Positions 18,308-28,478 of a stretch of DNA of 64,000 nt are shown here, one piece after another. Origin of the DNA: Bdellovibrionales bacterium. Lineage in GTDB: Bacteria > Bdellovibrionota > Bdellovibrionia > Bdellovibrionales > UBA1609. Each line of letters starts with the position of its first letter. Positions within the stretch are counted from its first letter, which is position 1. Where the stretch lies: contig JBFWON010000001.1 of NCBI GenBank assembly GCA_050250515.1, forward strand, positions 30,035 to 94,034. Reading direction: 5' to 3'. A model generated the notes under the pieces. That model saw nothing but the letters and a program-made list of their open reading frames with translations, was not told the DNA's origin and did not search any database. The position numbers were made by a program, and so were the translations under genes.

Positions 18308-19261
18308 ATGCGGAATTCCCTTCTTCTCCTCATCAGCATCTGCATGTCCGCCCCAGTCCATGCGGACGTTAAGAATCTCGACAAGAAATTTTCAGTGGCT
18401 TTGGCGGCTGTTCAGCATGATTTTGGGCTCAATTTAAATCCGGATTTCAAAGACGCTACCACGCGCCTCCATTATCGAGCCAATACGCCGAGTCTGGCCG
18501 GTTTCGAAGTGACCATCAAAGGGCTGACGCTCGCGTACTTGGGGTCAGGTGGGCTCTCGCAATCGAACATCCAAAAGAAAGGCGACACATCTTATGAAGA
18601 TGTGCGGGCCGGACTGTTCTTTGGCAAAGAAAAGCAATTTGTTTTGCTTGCTTACTACAACCGGTTCAAAGGGCTTTACATTGAAAACACACCTGAGGTG
18701 GATCCCGGGGCCGATCTTTATCTGAAGCGAACGGATGTGGAGGCCTTTAATGCCGGGGCAGGGCTTATGTACATTTTTAGTCCGAAGACCTTTTCAGCCG
18801 CCGCCGCTTACGTGCAAAGTGCGCGGCAAACGAAATCAGGCGGCTCTTTTTTGCTCTACTTGAGCTCGGCTATGAACTACTACCACGGGACCGATGATTT
18901 GATTCCGGTCGAAATCGAGGCCGACTATGGTGATCAAAAGGACATTCGAAAGGCCCGATTCGTAACGACGGCCTTATCCCTTGGTTATGCCTACTCCGTG
19001 ATTTTGGGGAAATTCTTCCTCAATGGAACTCTTTTATTTGGTCGGGGAGTTCAAACGAAATCCTACACATACAATGAGATTTCAAAGAGTGAGACCGACG
19101 ACGCGACCAAAACCAACATTGGCGCGTCCATTGGGTACAACGGAGATGCGTTTTATACAGGGCTTTCCTATGTGCAGGATCAAACGGTGTTCAAAGCCGG
19201 GACCGTTGAATTTACGCCCTCACTTAATTCGTTTCGGGCGTTTCTTGGCGTGAGGTTTTGA
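18308..19261 (+). CDS. Putative outer-membrane beta-barrel protein
   Basis: Signal peptide, alternating-hydrophobic strands, aromatic C-terminus (...FLGVRF). Confidence 0.5.
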   Translation: MRNSLLLLISICMSAPVHADVKNLDKKFSVALAAVQHDFGLNLNPDFKDATTRLHYRANTPSLAGFEVTIKGLTLAYLGSGGLSQSNIQKKGDTSYEDVRAGLFFGKEKQFVLLAYYNRFKGLYIENTPEVDPGADLYLKRTDVEAFNAGAGLMYIFSPKTFSAAAAYVQSARQTKSGGSFLLYLSSAMNYYHGTDDLIPVEIEADYGDQKDIRKARFVTTALSLGYAYSVILGKFFLNGTLLFGRGVQTKSYTYNEISKSETDDATKTNIGASIGYNGDAFYTGLSYVQDQTVFKAGTVEFTPSLNSFRAFLGVRF

Positions 19262-19265
19262 GGCC

Positions 19266-19517
19266 TTATCTGGGGCCTCCCGCTTTGAACAAATCAATCG
19301 ATCGAAGAATCGGAAAGTCGCGCCTTAGGCTCTCGTGATGTTCGTGGGTTGTAGCCAGCCATACGCCATTGTCTTGCGGGTAATTGTCGGCTTTATCGCG
19401 CAGAATGAATACGATCTTGCTCCCCACATAGACCGAGCGGCAGCCAAACATCGGCTTGGTGTAGGGATCAAGATCGGCCAATTCATTTAAAACAAAATCA
19501 AATGGGATGATGGGCAT
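19266..19517 (-). CDS. Small TfoX-N-terminal-domain-like protein
   Basis: FVLNELADLDPYTKPMFGCRSVYVGSKIVFILRD resembles the TfoX_N pattern. Tentative. Confidence 0.35.
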   Translation of the reverse strand: MPIIPFDFVLNELADLDPYTKPMFGCRSVYVGSKIVFILRDKADNYPQDNGVWLATTHEHHESLRRDFPILRSIDLFKAGGPR

Positions 19518-19628
19518 CAGGGTTCCCTAAGCACTTTCATTAAATTCTTCATTAGCATGAACATCGTAGGTCATGCCGTAAACCTTTTTTAGCGCCTGTA
19601 CAGCTTCCAATCGCAGAGAAGTCCGACA

Positions 19629-19664
19629 TTCGTATCAACAGGGCTCGGGCCCTGTTGATACGAA
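19629..19664. promoter_or_regulatory. Perfect 16-bp inverted repeat with 4-nt spacer in a divergent intergenic region
   Basis: TTCGTATCAACAGGGC-TCGG-GCCCTGTTGATACGAA, read directly. Lies between the 19517(-) and 19794(+) gene starts. Confidence 0.6.
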
Positions 19665-19793
19665 ATTCGAATGCGGGTTTTGAGGCCTGACTGATAACGA
19701 AACATAATCTTTCGCGAAGCCAGGCGTTCAAATTTTGGAGAACGCCCAAAGTTAAGTCATGCCGGGTCGGTGAAAAATCGCTAAAGTGGCGGC

Positions 19794-22223
19794 ATGTTTA
19801 AGCGCAATCGGGGAATCATTTGGGCCGTGCTCGGCGCGGCATGGCTCTTGGTGTTGGGGAAAGGGGTGGGCCCATTGCCCGCATTGGGGCCTCTCTTGAG
19901 TCTGCACAATGGAATTTGGCGCCATCATTTGCAAGAGTGGCCCGATCAACTTCCGCTTGAGAATCTCAATGGCCCCGTCCAAGTTTCCTGGGATGAAAGC
20001 GGCGTGCCTCATATCTTTGCGGAAAACGAAGCGGATCTTTATCGAGTCCAAGGGTATTTGATGGCTTCGCAGAGGCTTTTTCAGATGGAACTGATTACGA
20101 GAGTCGCTTCGGGTCGACTGAGTGAATGGTTTGGCGAGCGAACACGAAGTTTGGATGAATTCTTCACTCGTTTTGGTATGCGTGAATCGGCTGAAAGGAC
20201 TTTGGCCGATTTTATGAAGGATCCGGGGACAGCGACCATGCTCGAGGCTTTTTCAGATGGAGTGAATCAATATATAACGAATCGCCCATCCGACCCGGCG
20301 GAGTACTTGATTCTGAATCGGGAACCCGAACCCTTTACTCCCATCAAAACCATCTTTATGTCTAAATCACTGACTTTTAATTTGGCCGGAAGAAGCTTTG
20401 ATCTCTATCTCAGCCAAATCATGAAGGAGCGTGGGTTTGATTTCGTGATGGATCTATTTCCTGACATGGAACCAATGCCATATCGAGACATCATCTATCC
20501 CACGCCTCGATTGAAGTCTGCAGACTCTCGGCGTCGCGGGCGAATGGTGGAGGGATCTCCATTTGTCACGAGCTTAAAGAGTATTCCCTTCTTTCCTTGG
20601 CCGTCCGCTGGTAAGGGCAGCAACAATTGGGCGGTGAATGCTAAGAAGTCCTCGACTGGATACAGTCTCATGGCTAACGACACACACTTGAGTCTAACAT
20701 TGCCCAATATTTGGTGGGAGGTTCAGCTGAGCGGTCCCGACTTCAATGTTTACGGCGCCTCTCTTACGGCGGTGCCTGGAATTGTAAATGGGATGAATGC
20801 CCAGGCCTCTTGGGGGCCGACCAACGGAACAACAGATGTTTTAGATTTCTATGAGATCGAGTTTGAGAACGAATCTTCGAATCGTTATCGAAAAGGTGAT
20901 CAAGTTGTCGAGTCCGAGATCCGCAATGAGCAAGTCGGTCTCAAGAATGGTCGTACGATCGAAATTCCCGTCATCAAAACAGAATATGGCTATGTTCTTT
21001 ATCGGGAGGGCTCGCGCGGTCTAGCCGCGGATTGGTTGGCGCACAAATCGAACAACGAGCTCGGCGCACTTCGACAGTTATACAACATAAGATCTGTGGA
21101 AGACTGTTTTCGAGCTTTTCAAAGATGGAATGCTCCCATTCAAAATTTTATCTGTGTAGATCGGAAATCGGTCGGTCTGCAGCATACCGGCATTTTGCCG
21201 GATCGACAGGCCCAGCCTGGGAGATTTGTTCGCGATGGTGTTCAGGACACGGCAAGTTCGTGGGCGACATTGTCCAACGAAATGCGTCCTCGTGACGTGG
21301 ATCCGCCCAGCGGTTTCGTCCTCTCGGCCAATGAGCGACCTTTAGATGACGAAAAAGGTGTATCCCTCGGTTGGGATTTTGAAGAGCCTTGGCGAGGCAT
21401 GATCATCCGAAAACGACTGAGCGAGAAGTCCAAGATCAGTCCCGCAGACATGATCCGTTTTCAAAATGATGCCTTTAACCTCAAGGCTTCGTTTGCCGCC
21501 CCCTCCTTCTTGAAACTTGTGGCACATGCTTCTTTATCGCAGGAGCAGGAAGAAGCATTGCTAGCCATTTCGAAGTGGGACTTTCAAGATTTGGCCGATC
21601 GCCCCGAAGGGGCGCTCTTTCGTTTGTGGTTTGAAGTCTTCCAAGACCTGATCTATTCGGATGAATACTCTGTGCCCAGTCGGGATTTTTATCCAAAAGA
21701 ATCTCGCACCGTCGCGCTTTTGGATAATGTCCTGCTTGATCCGACTCACTCTGACCATGCTGTTGTGGACGATCGTCGAACACAAGAGGATGAAACTCCC
21801 GAGTTTATGGTAACCAAAGCCTTTCAACTCGGGTGGGAAGAGTTGAAGTCCACGCAAGGTTCAGAATGGAAGAAGTGGAGATTTCGCGATGTGATTCAAA
21901 CGGGCATTCGGCACGTGGGTCGGTTTCCCGGTTTCGGTGTGGATTTGCTAACGATGGATGGCGGGCCAGAAAGTATTCGTGGCAACAAAGGTAAACACGG
22001 CGCTGTCTATAAAATTGTGGTGGCCCATGGGGAAGATTGGCCTCGCGCCTGGATTCAGATTCCCGGTGGAAACGAAGGCGATCCGTTAAATCCCAATTAC
22101 GCGCGATACTCAGAGGATTGGGCGCAAGGAAAAATGCGTGAGGCTCAGTTTTTCAAAACGGCGGAGGAAGCGCGCCGATCGTGCAAGAGAAACATAATAT
22201 TTCAACCACCGAAGGTGCATTGA
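19794..22223 (+). CDS. Penicillin-acylase-family Ntn hydrolase (possible acyl-homoserine-lactone or lipid amide acylase)
   Basis: 809 aa with signal peptide. GKGSNNWAV nucleophile motif at the alpha/beta junction, followed by ANDTHL. Confidence 0.85.
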   Translation: MFKRNRGIIWAVLGAAWLLVLGKGVGPLPALGPLLSLHNGIWRHHLQEWPDQLPLENLNGPVQVSWDESGVPHIFAENEADLYRVQGYLMASQRLFQMELITRVASGRLSEWFGERTRSLDEFFTRFGMRESAERTLADFMKDPGTATMLEAFSDGVNQYITNRPSDPAEYLILNREPEPFTPIKTIFMSKSLTFNLAGRSFDLYLSQIMKERGFDFVMDLFPDMEPMPYRDIIYPTPRLKSADSRRRGRMVEGSPFVTSLKSIPFFPWPSAGKGSNNWAVNAKKSSTGYSLMANDTHLSLTLPNIWWEVQLSGPDFNVYGASLTAVPGIVNGMNAQASWGPTNGTTDVLDFYEIEFENESSNRYRKGDQVVESEIRNEQVGLKNGRTIEIPVIKTEYGYVLYREGSRGLAADWLAHKSNNELGALRQLYNIRSVEDCFRAFQRWNAPIQNFICVDRKSVGLQHTGILPDRQAQPGRFVRDGVQDTASSWATLSNEMRPRDVDPPSGFVLSANERPLDDEKGVSLGWDFEEPWRGMIIRKRLSEKSKISPADMIRFQNDAFNLKASFAAPSFLKLVAHASLSQEQEEALLAISKWDFQDLADRPEGALFRLWFEVFQDLIYSDEYSVPSRDFYPKESRTVALLDNVLLDPTHSDHAVVDDRRTQEDETPEFMVTKAFQLGWEELKSTQGSEWKKWRFRDVIQTGIRHVGRFPGFGVDLLTMDGGPESIRGNKGKHGAVYKIVVAHGEDWPRAWIQIPGGNEGDPLNPNYARYSEDWAQGKMREAQFFKTAEEARRSCKRNIIFQPPKVH

Positions 22224-22555
22224 TGTTTTATTTCGCTCTTTTACTGTTTTCTGTTCAGCACATGCTTTTACCCTGGTGGACGACGGCGGTGCTGGCGGTT
22301 TTGTTGGGTTTCTTCACCGATATGGATTGGTGGCGGGCCATCACAACTTCATTTGCGGCCGGTCTTTCCGCGGTTATTGCGGCCTATTACTTCGATGCTC
22401 GTAGCGGAAGTCTAATCTCCCATCGGCTGGCCGGTCTGTTTGGTGCTCACTCGGTGACTTCTGTGTTTTTGGGAGTCCTGCTTTTATCATCGGTCACAGC
22501 CTTTCTGTGGCTTGGTTTTGGAGACTGGCTTTCCAGACGAGTGGGCGCCTCCTAG
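22223..22555 (+). CDS. Small integral membrane protein
   Basis: Three or four hydrophobic helices. The ATG at 22223 overlaps the acylase stop (TGATG). Confidence 0.45.
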   Translation: MFYFALLLFSVQHMLLPWWTTAVLAVLLGFFTDMDWWRAITTSFAAGLSAVIAAYYFDARSGSLISHRLAGLFGAHSVTSVFLGVLLLSSVTAFLWLGFGDWLSRRVGAS

Positions 22556-22622
22556 TGGCCTGAGTGTTGCTCCTTAAGGCCTGGTTGAATTGAGTTTCAA
22601 TTTTTAGGCGTTTGGAGGATCC

Positions 22623-23405
22623 ATGTCGTCTCGTTTATTGACCAGTCTTGTAATTCTTGCAGTCGTGTCCGCCTGCGGCCCCGTTTTTAAGGTGAAGCAC
22701 CGACAGGTGGCGAAGCCCGCTCCGGCCCCGGCGCCAGCACCGAATCGGGACTCGGACAAAGGCGCCGGATCGGGTGGCGGAAATCGCATTGAGACCCGGC
22801 GGGCTTCTTGTGAAACGGCGAACGACAAGAGCTTGGCCAGCGACCGGGTGGTGCAACGAAAAACGATTGAAGTAAAGATGGAAAAACAGCGAGTCGTAAG
22901 ACGCGATTGCAATGGCCAGGTGACTTCTGATCGCATGGAAAAGGTGACGTATCCAAAAACGGACATTGTGATCACACCAAGCAAGTGGTGGGCGGGCGCT
23001 TATGGCGGGACGCCTTCGTCAGCATTCAATCGCACGACCTGCGCCACTCCCGGTGCTGAGTGGGACAAATTACTGATGAGAATTATCTTCGGTGAAGGCA
23101 TAGGTCGAGATTGGATGGACTCCATCCGAGATGCTGCAGGTTTTCCGCGCCTTCGATTCAGTGTGGACACATCACCGACCAGCGCCAGCATGCACGTGAA
23201 GAAAAATCAGGACAATTACATCGACTATGAGTTTTCCTACTGCGCCGAACAAGACTCCCAATTTGGTCAGGCGACCGAGAAATGTAAGACCCGAAAGACG
23301 GTCGAAAAGGGCACATTGATCCTAACGGTCAAGTACACTGAGAACCTGGATATTGGCGGCGTTAAAGAATTGCAGGATCCCAGTTGTCCAGCAGCAAAGA
23401 ATTAG
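22623..23405 (+). CDS. Hypothetical lipoprotein with (PA)n linker
   Basis: Lipobox LAVVSAC, then a PAPAPAPAP linker. Confidence 0.5.
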   Translation: MSSRLLTSLVILAVVSACGPVFKVKHRQVAKPAPAPAPAPNRDSDKGAGSGGGNRIETRRASCETANDKSLASDRVVQRKTIEVKMEKQRVVRRDCNGQVTSDRMEKVTYPKTDIVITPSKWWAGAYGGTPSSAFNRTTCATPGAEWDKLLMRIIFGEGIGRDWMDSIRDAAGFPRLRFSVDTSPTSASMHVKKNQDNYIDYEFSYCAEQDSQFGQATEKCKTRKTVEKGTLILTVKYTENLDIGGVKELQDPSCPAAKN

Positions 23406-23735
23406 CTACTGGGTTACATCTTTTAAAGACGATTTAGGTCGAATTCCGCAAGTTTGATTCACGCAAGCGGGTTCATTTTGCCCGCAATCGAGTCGCCCCG
23501 AACAATCCGCCGTGCACATGATATCTTGGCAAACCGGTGCGAACTTCGAGTTGATCGTGTCATTGGAATGGCAGCAGGAGTCCGCCACACAATCTGCATC
23601 CACCTGACAGGCTTTCTTGTTTGTTTGTGCGGCACCAGCCAGCTGCCGACCTGCCTCTGGGTTTAAGGCGAAATACAGAAGAGCGCCCAATATGAAAATC
23701 ATGGCGAAGGCAAAATGATTTTTTGTCATAGGCAT
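23406..23735 (-). CDS. Small secreted cysteine-rich protein
   Basis: Signal or TM segment, then 10 Cys in about 60 aa (CQVDADCVADSCCH...CTADCSGRLDCG...C..QTC). Confidence 0.4.
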   Translation of the reverse strand: MPMTKNHFAFAMIFILGALLYFALNPEAGRQLAGAAQTNKKACQVDADCVADSCCHSNDTINSKFAPVCQDIMCTADCSGRLDCGQNEPACVNQTCGIRPKSSLKDVTQ

Positions 23736-23814
23736 TACTTACCTCACCTCGCCGCCGTTCAGGTAGTCCCAATAATCGAAGAGTGGGTAGCATCATGTGA
23801 ACAATTGACGCACC

Positions 23815-24432
23815 TCATTGCTCGCTGGCGGCGAAGCGATTTCGGCGCGAGAGCCAGGGGAGGGGATCGACGGGTTGGCGATGGTGAATCAATTCAAAAT
23901 GCAAATGCACGCCGCTGGCTTGGCCTGTGCGACCCATTCGACCTATGACTTCGCCAGGATAAACCGTCTCGCCCGATTGAATGTCCACACTATCTAGGTG
24001 GGCATATAAGGTGGCCCATTCATGATCAAATTCGATCAGAACCATATTTCCGTAACCACGAAATTCATTGCCAACATAAATCACTAGGCCTTCGTGGGCG
24101 GCCAAAATAGGCTCACCTTTTCTGCCACCAAAATCGATCCCCTGATGATCGGGATCTGAGGAGGGCGCAAAACCGCGATTCACATGCACGCTTTTAACAG
24201 GCCAAACCATATTGAAGGGTCCGCTGGGGCGATAAGGCCCCAACCGCTTTTGTTTTGGTGGCAGATTTTCATCTTGGTTTTGTGAGGGTCCGCGAGCGAC
24301 TGAGTCCGAATAGTCGCTGGGGACTTTGTAATCGCCGACCCCGCGATAGTGATCGGTACTGGTGCGAAAATGGCTGCAAGAGACGGCAAGAAAGGCGATC
24401 GATATTAACCCAGCCCGGAGAACACGTTCCAT
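23815..24432 (-). CDS. M23 family metallopeptidase lipoprotein
   Basis: Lipobox LAVSC. HQGIDFGG and VHLHFEL motifs. Confidence 0.85.
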   Translation of the reverse strand: MERVLRAGLISIAFLAVSCSHFRTSTDHYRGVGDYKVPSDYSDSVARGPSQNQDENLPPKQKRLGPYRPSGPFNMVWPVKSVHVNRGFAPSSDPDHQGIDFGGRKGEPILAAHEGLVIYVGNEFRGYGNMVLIEFDHEWATLYAHLDSVDIQSGETVYPGEVIGRMGRTGQASGVHLHFELIHHRQPVDPLPWLSRRNRFAASEQ

Positions 24433-24440
24433 GGCCTATT

Positions 24441-25676
24441 TTAGCGCTGGTAGATGGGATACTTCAAACAAAGATCGCGAATCTGGGCTCTGATCCGTTC
24501 CGCTTGGGCGGCATCACTCGGGTTTCTCAAAATGGATGCGATCCATCCCGCAATGAGACCCATGTGTTCCTCTTTGAGGCCCCGGCTCGTGAGTGCCGGG
24601 GTACCTATACGAACGCCCGAGGTGACAAATGGCGAGCGTTTTTCATTGGGAACCGTGTTCTTATTCACGGTGATTCCGGCCCTATCCAAAGCCTGCTCGG
24701 CTTCTTTACCTGTGATCTCCGTTTTCGAGAGATCGACCAAAATCAAGTGATTGTCCGTTCCGCCAGTGACCAGATCAAAGCCAGCTTCTAACATGCCTTT
24801 GGCCAGGGCCTTCGCATTGGCAATCACCTGACCTGAATAAACCTTAAAATCAGGTTTAAGAGCTTCACCAAAAGCCACGGCCTTGGCCGCGATCACATGC
24901 TCCAATGGACCGCCCTGAATTCCAGGAAAAATTTTAGAGTTGAGGGCCTTGGCATTCTTCTCGCGGCACAGAATAAGTCCACCACGTGGACCTCGAAGTG
25001 TCTTATGGGTGGTCGAGGTTACATAGTCCGCGTGAGGCACGGGCGAGCTATGATGGCCCGACGCCACTAATCCTGCGAAGTGCGCCATGTCGACCAACAA
25101 TAAGGCGCCCACCTCGTCCGCAATTTGTCGAAACAAAGAAAAGTCCAAAACTCGTGGGTAGGCGCTGTACCCCGCGATCAATAGTTTGGGTTTAGTCTTC
25201 TTTGCCACGTCACGAATTAGGTCGTAGTTCAGCCGTCCCGAAGTCGGCTCCAAGCCATAGTGTTCTGCATGAAACAAAAACCCACTGAAATTGACTGGAC
25301 TTCCGTGGGTCAGGTGACCGCCATGAGCCAGATCCATACCCAAAACCGTGTCGCCCGGCTTCAGGCAAGCCAAATACACGGCCATGTTCGCCTGTGACCC
25401 CGAGTGCGGCTGAACGTTGGCGTGTTCACTGCCAAAGAGCTGATTGGCCCTGTCGATCGCCAGTTGTTCAATGTGGTCAACGAATTCACAGCCACCATAG
25501 TAGCGCTTTCCCGGATAGCCTTCGGCGTACTTGTTCGTCAGTATGGACCCCTGAGCTTCGAGGACCGCCTTCGAAACATAATTCTCTGAAGCGATCATCT
25601 CTAGACCGAACTCTTGGCGCTCAGTTTCACGCGCGATCCATTTAGCGATTTCAGGATCTACTTTTTCGAGATGCAT
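24441..25676 (-). CDS. glyA: Serine hydroxymethyltransferase
   Basis: [15 protein letters not shown]-lysine motif; full-length 411 aa. Confidence 0.95.
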   Translation of the reverse strand: MHLEKVDPEIAKWIARETERQEFGLEMIASENYVSKAVLEAQGSILTNKYAEGYPGKRYYGGCEFVDHIEQLAIDRANQLFGSEHANVQPHSGSQANMAVYLACLKPGDTVLGMDLAHGGHLTHGSPVNFSGFLFHAEHYGLEPTSGRLNYDLIRDVAKKTKPKLLIAGYSAYPRVLDFSLFRQIADEVGALLLVDMAHFAGLVASGHHSSPVPHADYVTSTTHKTLRGPRGGLILCREKNAKALNSKIFPGIQGGPLEHVIAAKAVAFGEALKPDFKVYSGQVIANAKALAKGMLEAGFDLVTGGTDNHLILVDLSKTEITGKEAEQALDRAGITVNKNTVPNEKRSPFVTSGVRIGTPALTSRGLKEEHMGLIAGWIASILRNPSDAAQAERIRAQIRDLCLKYPIYQR

Positions 25677-25688
25677 GGGACCTCCTTG

Positions 25689-26156
25689 TCAATGGGCGGA
25701 ACCGAGTTTCTCGACACGTCTTGCGTGCCGGCCTCCCTCAAAAGTCGTGGTAAGAAAGGTCTCAAAGACTTTTTCCGCAATGGGGAAGGGTATAAGGCGA
25801 CCAGGTAAACAAAGTATGTTGGCATCGTTATGTTGCCTAGCAAGGGCTGCGACTTCCTCACTCCAGCAAAGAGCGGCACGAATGAACGAGTATCTATTGG
25901 CTTTTATGGCCATGCCCTGGCCGCTGCCACAGACCAGCACTCCGCACACTTCAGTTAAGTCATCCTTCATGGCCAAACAAACCTTTTGGGCATAATCAGG
26001 ATAATCAACCGAGTCCTCTGAATCAGGGCCTAAATCGTGAAGCGGCATTGCCTGATAGCGTTCGATCAAATGTTGCTTAAGTTTATAGCCGCCATGATCA
26101 CTCGCAATCCAAATTTTTTTGTAGGGAATTTTTAACGACTTCACGTCGGACATCAT
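25689..26156 (-). CDS. rpiB: Ribose-5-phosphate isomerase B
   Basis: IASDHGGY...LVCGSGQGMAI pattern. Confidence 0.9.
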   Translation of the reverse strand: MMSDVKSLKIPYKKIWIASDHGGYKLKQHLIERYQAMPLHDLGPDSEDSVDYPDYAQKVCLAMKDDLTEVCGVLVCGSGQGMAIKANRYSFIRAALCWSEEVAALARQHNDANILCLPGRLIPFPIAEKVFETFLTTTFEGGRHARRVEKLGSAH

Positions 26157-27427
26157 ACGCGCCCGAAGAGCAAACTACAATTCGTGCCGCCAAAGCCAAA
26201 GCTATTATTCAAAACGTAACTGAGCTTTTTCTCGCGTGCCGTCTTGGGCACGTAGTCCAAATCGCAATCGGCGCTCGGATTATCTAAGTTGATCGTGGGA
26301 GGGACCACGCCCGTCGTCAGAGCTTGAATGGCAATTACGCTTTCCACGGCACCTGCCGCACCCAAAGTGTGTCCAATCATACTCTTTGTAGAGGAGATCC
26401 ACAGTTTCTTAGAATGATCGCCAAAGACTTTTTTGATTCCTTCGGTCTCGATCTCATCGCCGGCTGGGGTGCTTGTCCCATGAGCGTTGATATAGTCGAC
26501 TTTCTCCGGGCTAACTTGAGCATCTTGCAAACACATGCTCATCGAGCGAGCGGCACCAACACCGCCAGGGGAGGGTGAAGTCATGTGATAGGCGTCGGAC
26601 GAGGCACCAAATCCGCAGACCTCGGCGTAAATTTTGGCTCCTCGTTGCGAGGCGTATTCATAGTCTTCAAGAATCAGCATCCCGCAACCTTCGGAAAGAA
26701 CGAATCCATCTCGATCTCGGTCCCAGGGACGGCTGGCCGCCTGCGGATCTTCATTTCGGGTCGATAGAGCCCGCATGGCTCCGAATCCTGCAATGGCAAG
26801 AGGCGTAACCACGGCTTCCATCCCACCGACTACCATCACATCGCAGATGCCATCACGAATAAAGCCTGTCGCTTCACCAATGGCATGAGCTCCCGAGGCA
26901 CAGGCGGAAGAAATCGCGTAATTAGGTCCCTTAAATCCATAAGCCATCGAAATCTGGCCTGATGCCATATTGGTGATGACTGATGGAATAAAGAACGGCG
27001 TCACTCGACTCGGACCGCGTTCCATTAGAATTTTGTTTTGAGTTTCGATGTAGGGAAGGCCGCCCATGCCGACTCCGACAAGGGTTCCAATCCGGTCCTT
27101 CTCTTGCTCTTTAATTTCGAATTGAGCATCGGCAAGAGCCATCTTGGCCGCAGCCATGGCCAGATGGATAAATCGATCCATCTTCTTTTGTTCTTTTTTA
27201 GGAATGTATTCGTCAGGGTTAAAACCCTTAATTTCGCCCGCAATCTTAGTATCGTAACTCGAACAATCGAATTGCGTGATCGGGCCGATTCCAGATCGGC
27301 CGGAGACAAGGCCATCCCAGCTCTCGGCCAGGTTTAAGCCAAGAGGCGTAATAAGTCCCATTCCTGTAACGACCACCCGCCGCTGGGGCTTAGGAGGTCG
27401 AACAAAAATATTCGCGGCCAAGTCCAA
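26153..27427 (-). CDS. fabF: 3-oxoacyl-ACP synthase II
   Basis: ISSACASG active-site Cys, HGTSTP and GHTLGAAG His motifs. Confidence 0.95.
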   Translation of the reverse strand: MDLAANIFVRPPKPQRRVVVTGMGLITPLGLNLAESWDGLVSGRSGIGPITQFDCSSYDTKIAGEIKGFNPDEYIPKKEQKKMDRFIHLAMAAAKMALADAQFEIKEQEKDRIGTLVGVGMGGLPYIETQNKILMERGPSRVTPFFIPSVITNMASGQISMAYGFKGPNYAISSACASGAHAIGEATGFIRDGICDVMVVGGMEAVVTPLAIAGFGAMRALSTRNEDPQAASRPWDRDRDGFVLSEGCGMLILEDYEYASQRGAKIYAEVCGFGASSDAYHMTSPSPGGVGAARSMSMCLQDAQVSPEKVDYINAHGTSTPAGDEIETEGIKKVFGDHSKKLWISSTKSMIGHTLGAAGAVESVIAIQALTTGVVPPTINLDNPSADCDLDYVPKTAREKKLSYVLNNSFGFGGTNCSLLFGRV

Positions 27428-27430
27428 CTC

Positions 27431-27667
27431 CTAAGCTTTGCCCTTCGTTTGCAAATACTTCATCACATCTTGAACCGTGCGAAGTTTCTCTGCGTCTTCA
27501 TCCGGGATTTCAATTTCAAACTCTTCTTCCATGGCCATAACCAATTCCACGATATCCAAGCTGTCCGCACCTAGATCGTCGATAAAAGAGGACTCCGGCT
27601 TCACGCGCTCAGGATCAACGCCAAGCTGCTCTTCAATAATCTTCATTACCTTTGGTTCCAATGACAT
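27431..27667 (-). CDS. acpP: Acyl carrier protein
   Basis: 78 aa with the LGADSLD phosphopantetheine site. Confidence 0.95.
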   Translation of the reverse strand: MSLEPKVMKIIEEQLGVDPERVKPESSFIDDLGADSLDIVELVMAMEEEFEIEIPDEDAEKLRTVQDVMKYLQTKGKA

Positions 27668-27740
27668 GGTGATCTCCTTTAAAAAATAAAATTCAGTTTG
27701 AAAGGGTACTTATATCCTAATCTCAAGCCCATTGTACAGA

Positions 27741-28478
27741 CTACATGTAGAGTCCGCCGTTCACTTGCAGAACTTGGCCAGTGATATAGCGGGATTCGTC
27801 ACCTAAAAAATAGGCAACTGCAGAGGCAACATCCTCAACCTGCCCTAATCGCTGCAAAGGGATGCGGCTCTGAATGGCTTCGCGCTGCTTTTCGTCGAGA
27901 TTGTCTGTCATGTCGGTGACGATAAAGCCCGGAGCAATGGCGTTTACTCTTATGCCGCGGCTGGCCACTTCCAGGGCGGTTGAGCGTGTAAATCCCTCAA
28001 GTCCGGCCTTGCTGGCCGCATAGTTCGCCTGACCCGCATTCCCCATTTGGCCGACCACGCTCGAGATGTTGACGATAGACCCGGCACGGGCCTTTAGCAT
28101 CGGCCTCATAACCGCCCGAGTGCAGAGGAAGGCGCCCCGCAAGTTCGTGGCGATCACGCTGTCAAAATCGTCATCTTTCATCCGCATCAAGAGCTGATCG
28201 CGCGTAATGCCGGCGTTGTTCACCAGGCCATCTAGGCCTTCAAATTGGGAGAACACAGACTCAAAACATTTTTCGACAGAGGCGGAATCGGCCACGTTCA
28301 TTTGTACGGCCATATGACCAGAGCCTGACAGGCTTTCCATCACTTTATCGGCGGCGGCCTGTTGGGAGGAATAAGTGATCGCGACCCGAGCCCCTTCTTG
28401 GCTCAATATTCGTGCGATTCCGGCACCGATTCCTCGGCTACCACCCGTAATAAGAACCTTTTTATCTTTGAGCCGCAC
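27741..28478 (-). CDS. fabG: 3-oxoacyl-ACP reductase
   Basis: SDR motifs TGGSRGIG, NNAG, YAASK. Confidence 0.95.
   Translation of the reverse strand: MRLKDKKVLITGGSRGIGAGIARILSQEGARVAITYSSQQAAADKVMESLSGSGHMAVQMNVADSASVEKCFESVFSQFEGLDGLVNNAGITRDQLLMRMKDDDFDSVIATNLRGAFLCTRAVMRPMLKARAGSIVNISSVVGQMGNAGQANYAASKAGLEGFTRSTALEVASRGIRVNAIAPGFIVTDMTDNLDEKQREAIQSRIPLQRLGQVEDVASAVAYFLGDESRYITGQVLQVNGGLYM

Noticed and set aside
19552-19749. 65-aa minus-strand ORF in the intergenic region containing the 16-bp palindrome.
   Set aside because: It has no RBS or motifs, and its reading frame is carried by the palindrome itself. It is more likely non-coding regulatory DNA.
24255-24791. 178-aa plus-strand ORF spanning the M23 peptidase/glyA junction.
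   Set aside because: It crosses a gene boundary antisense to two well-supported genes and has no recognisable motif.
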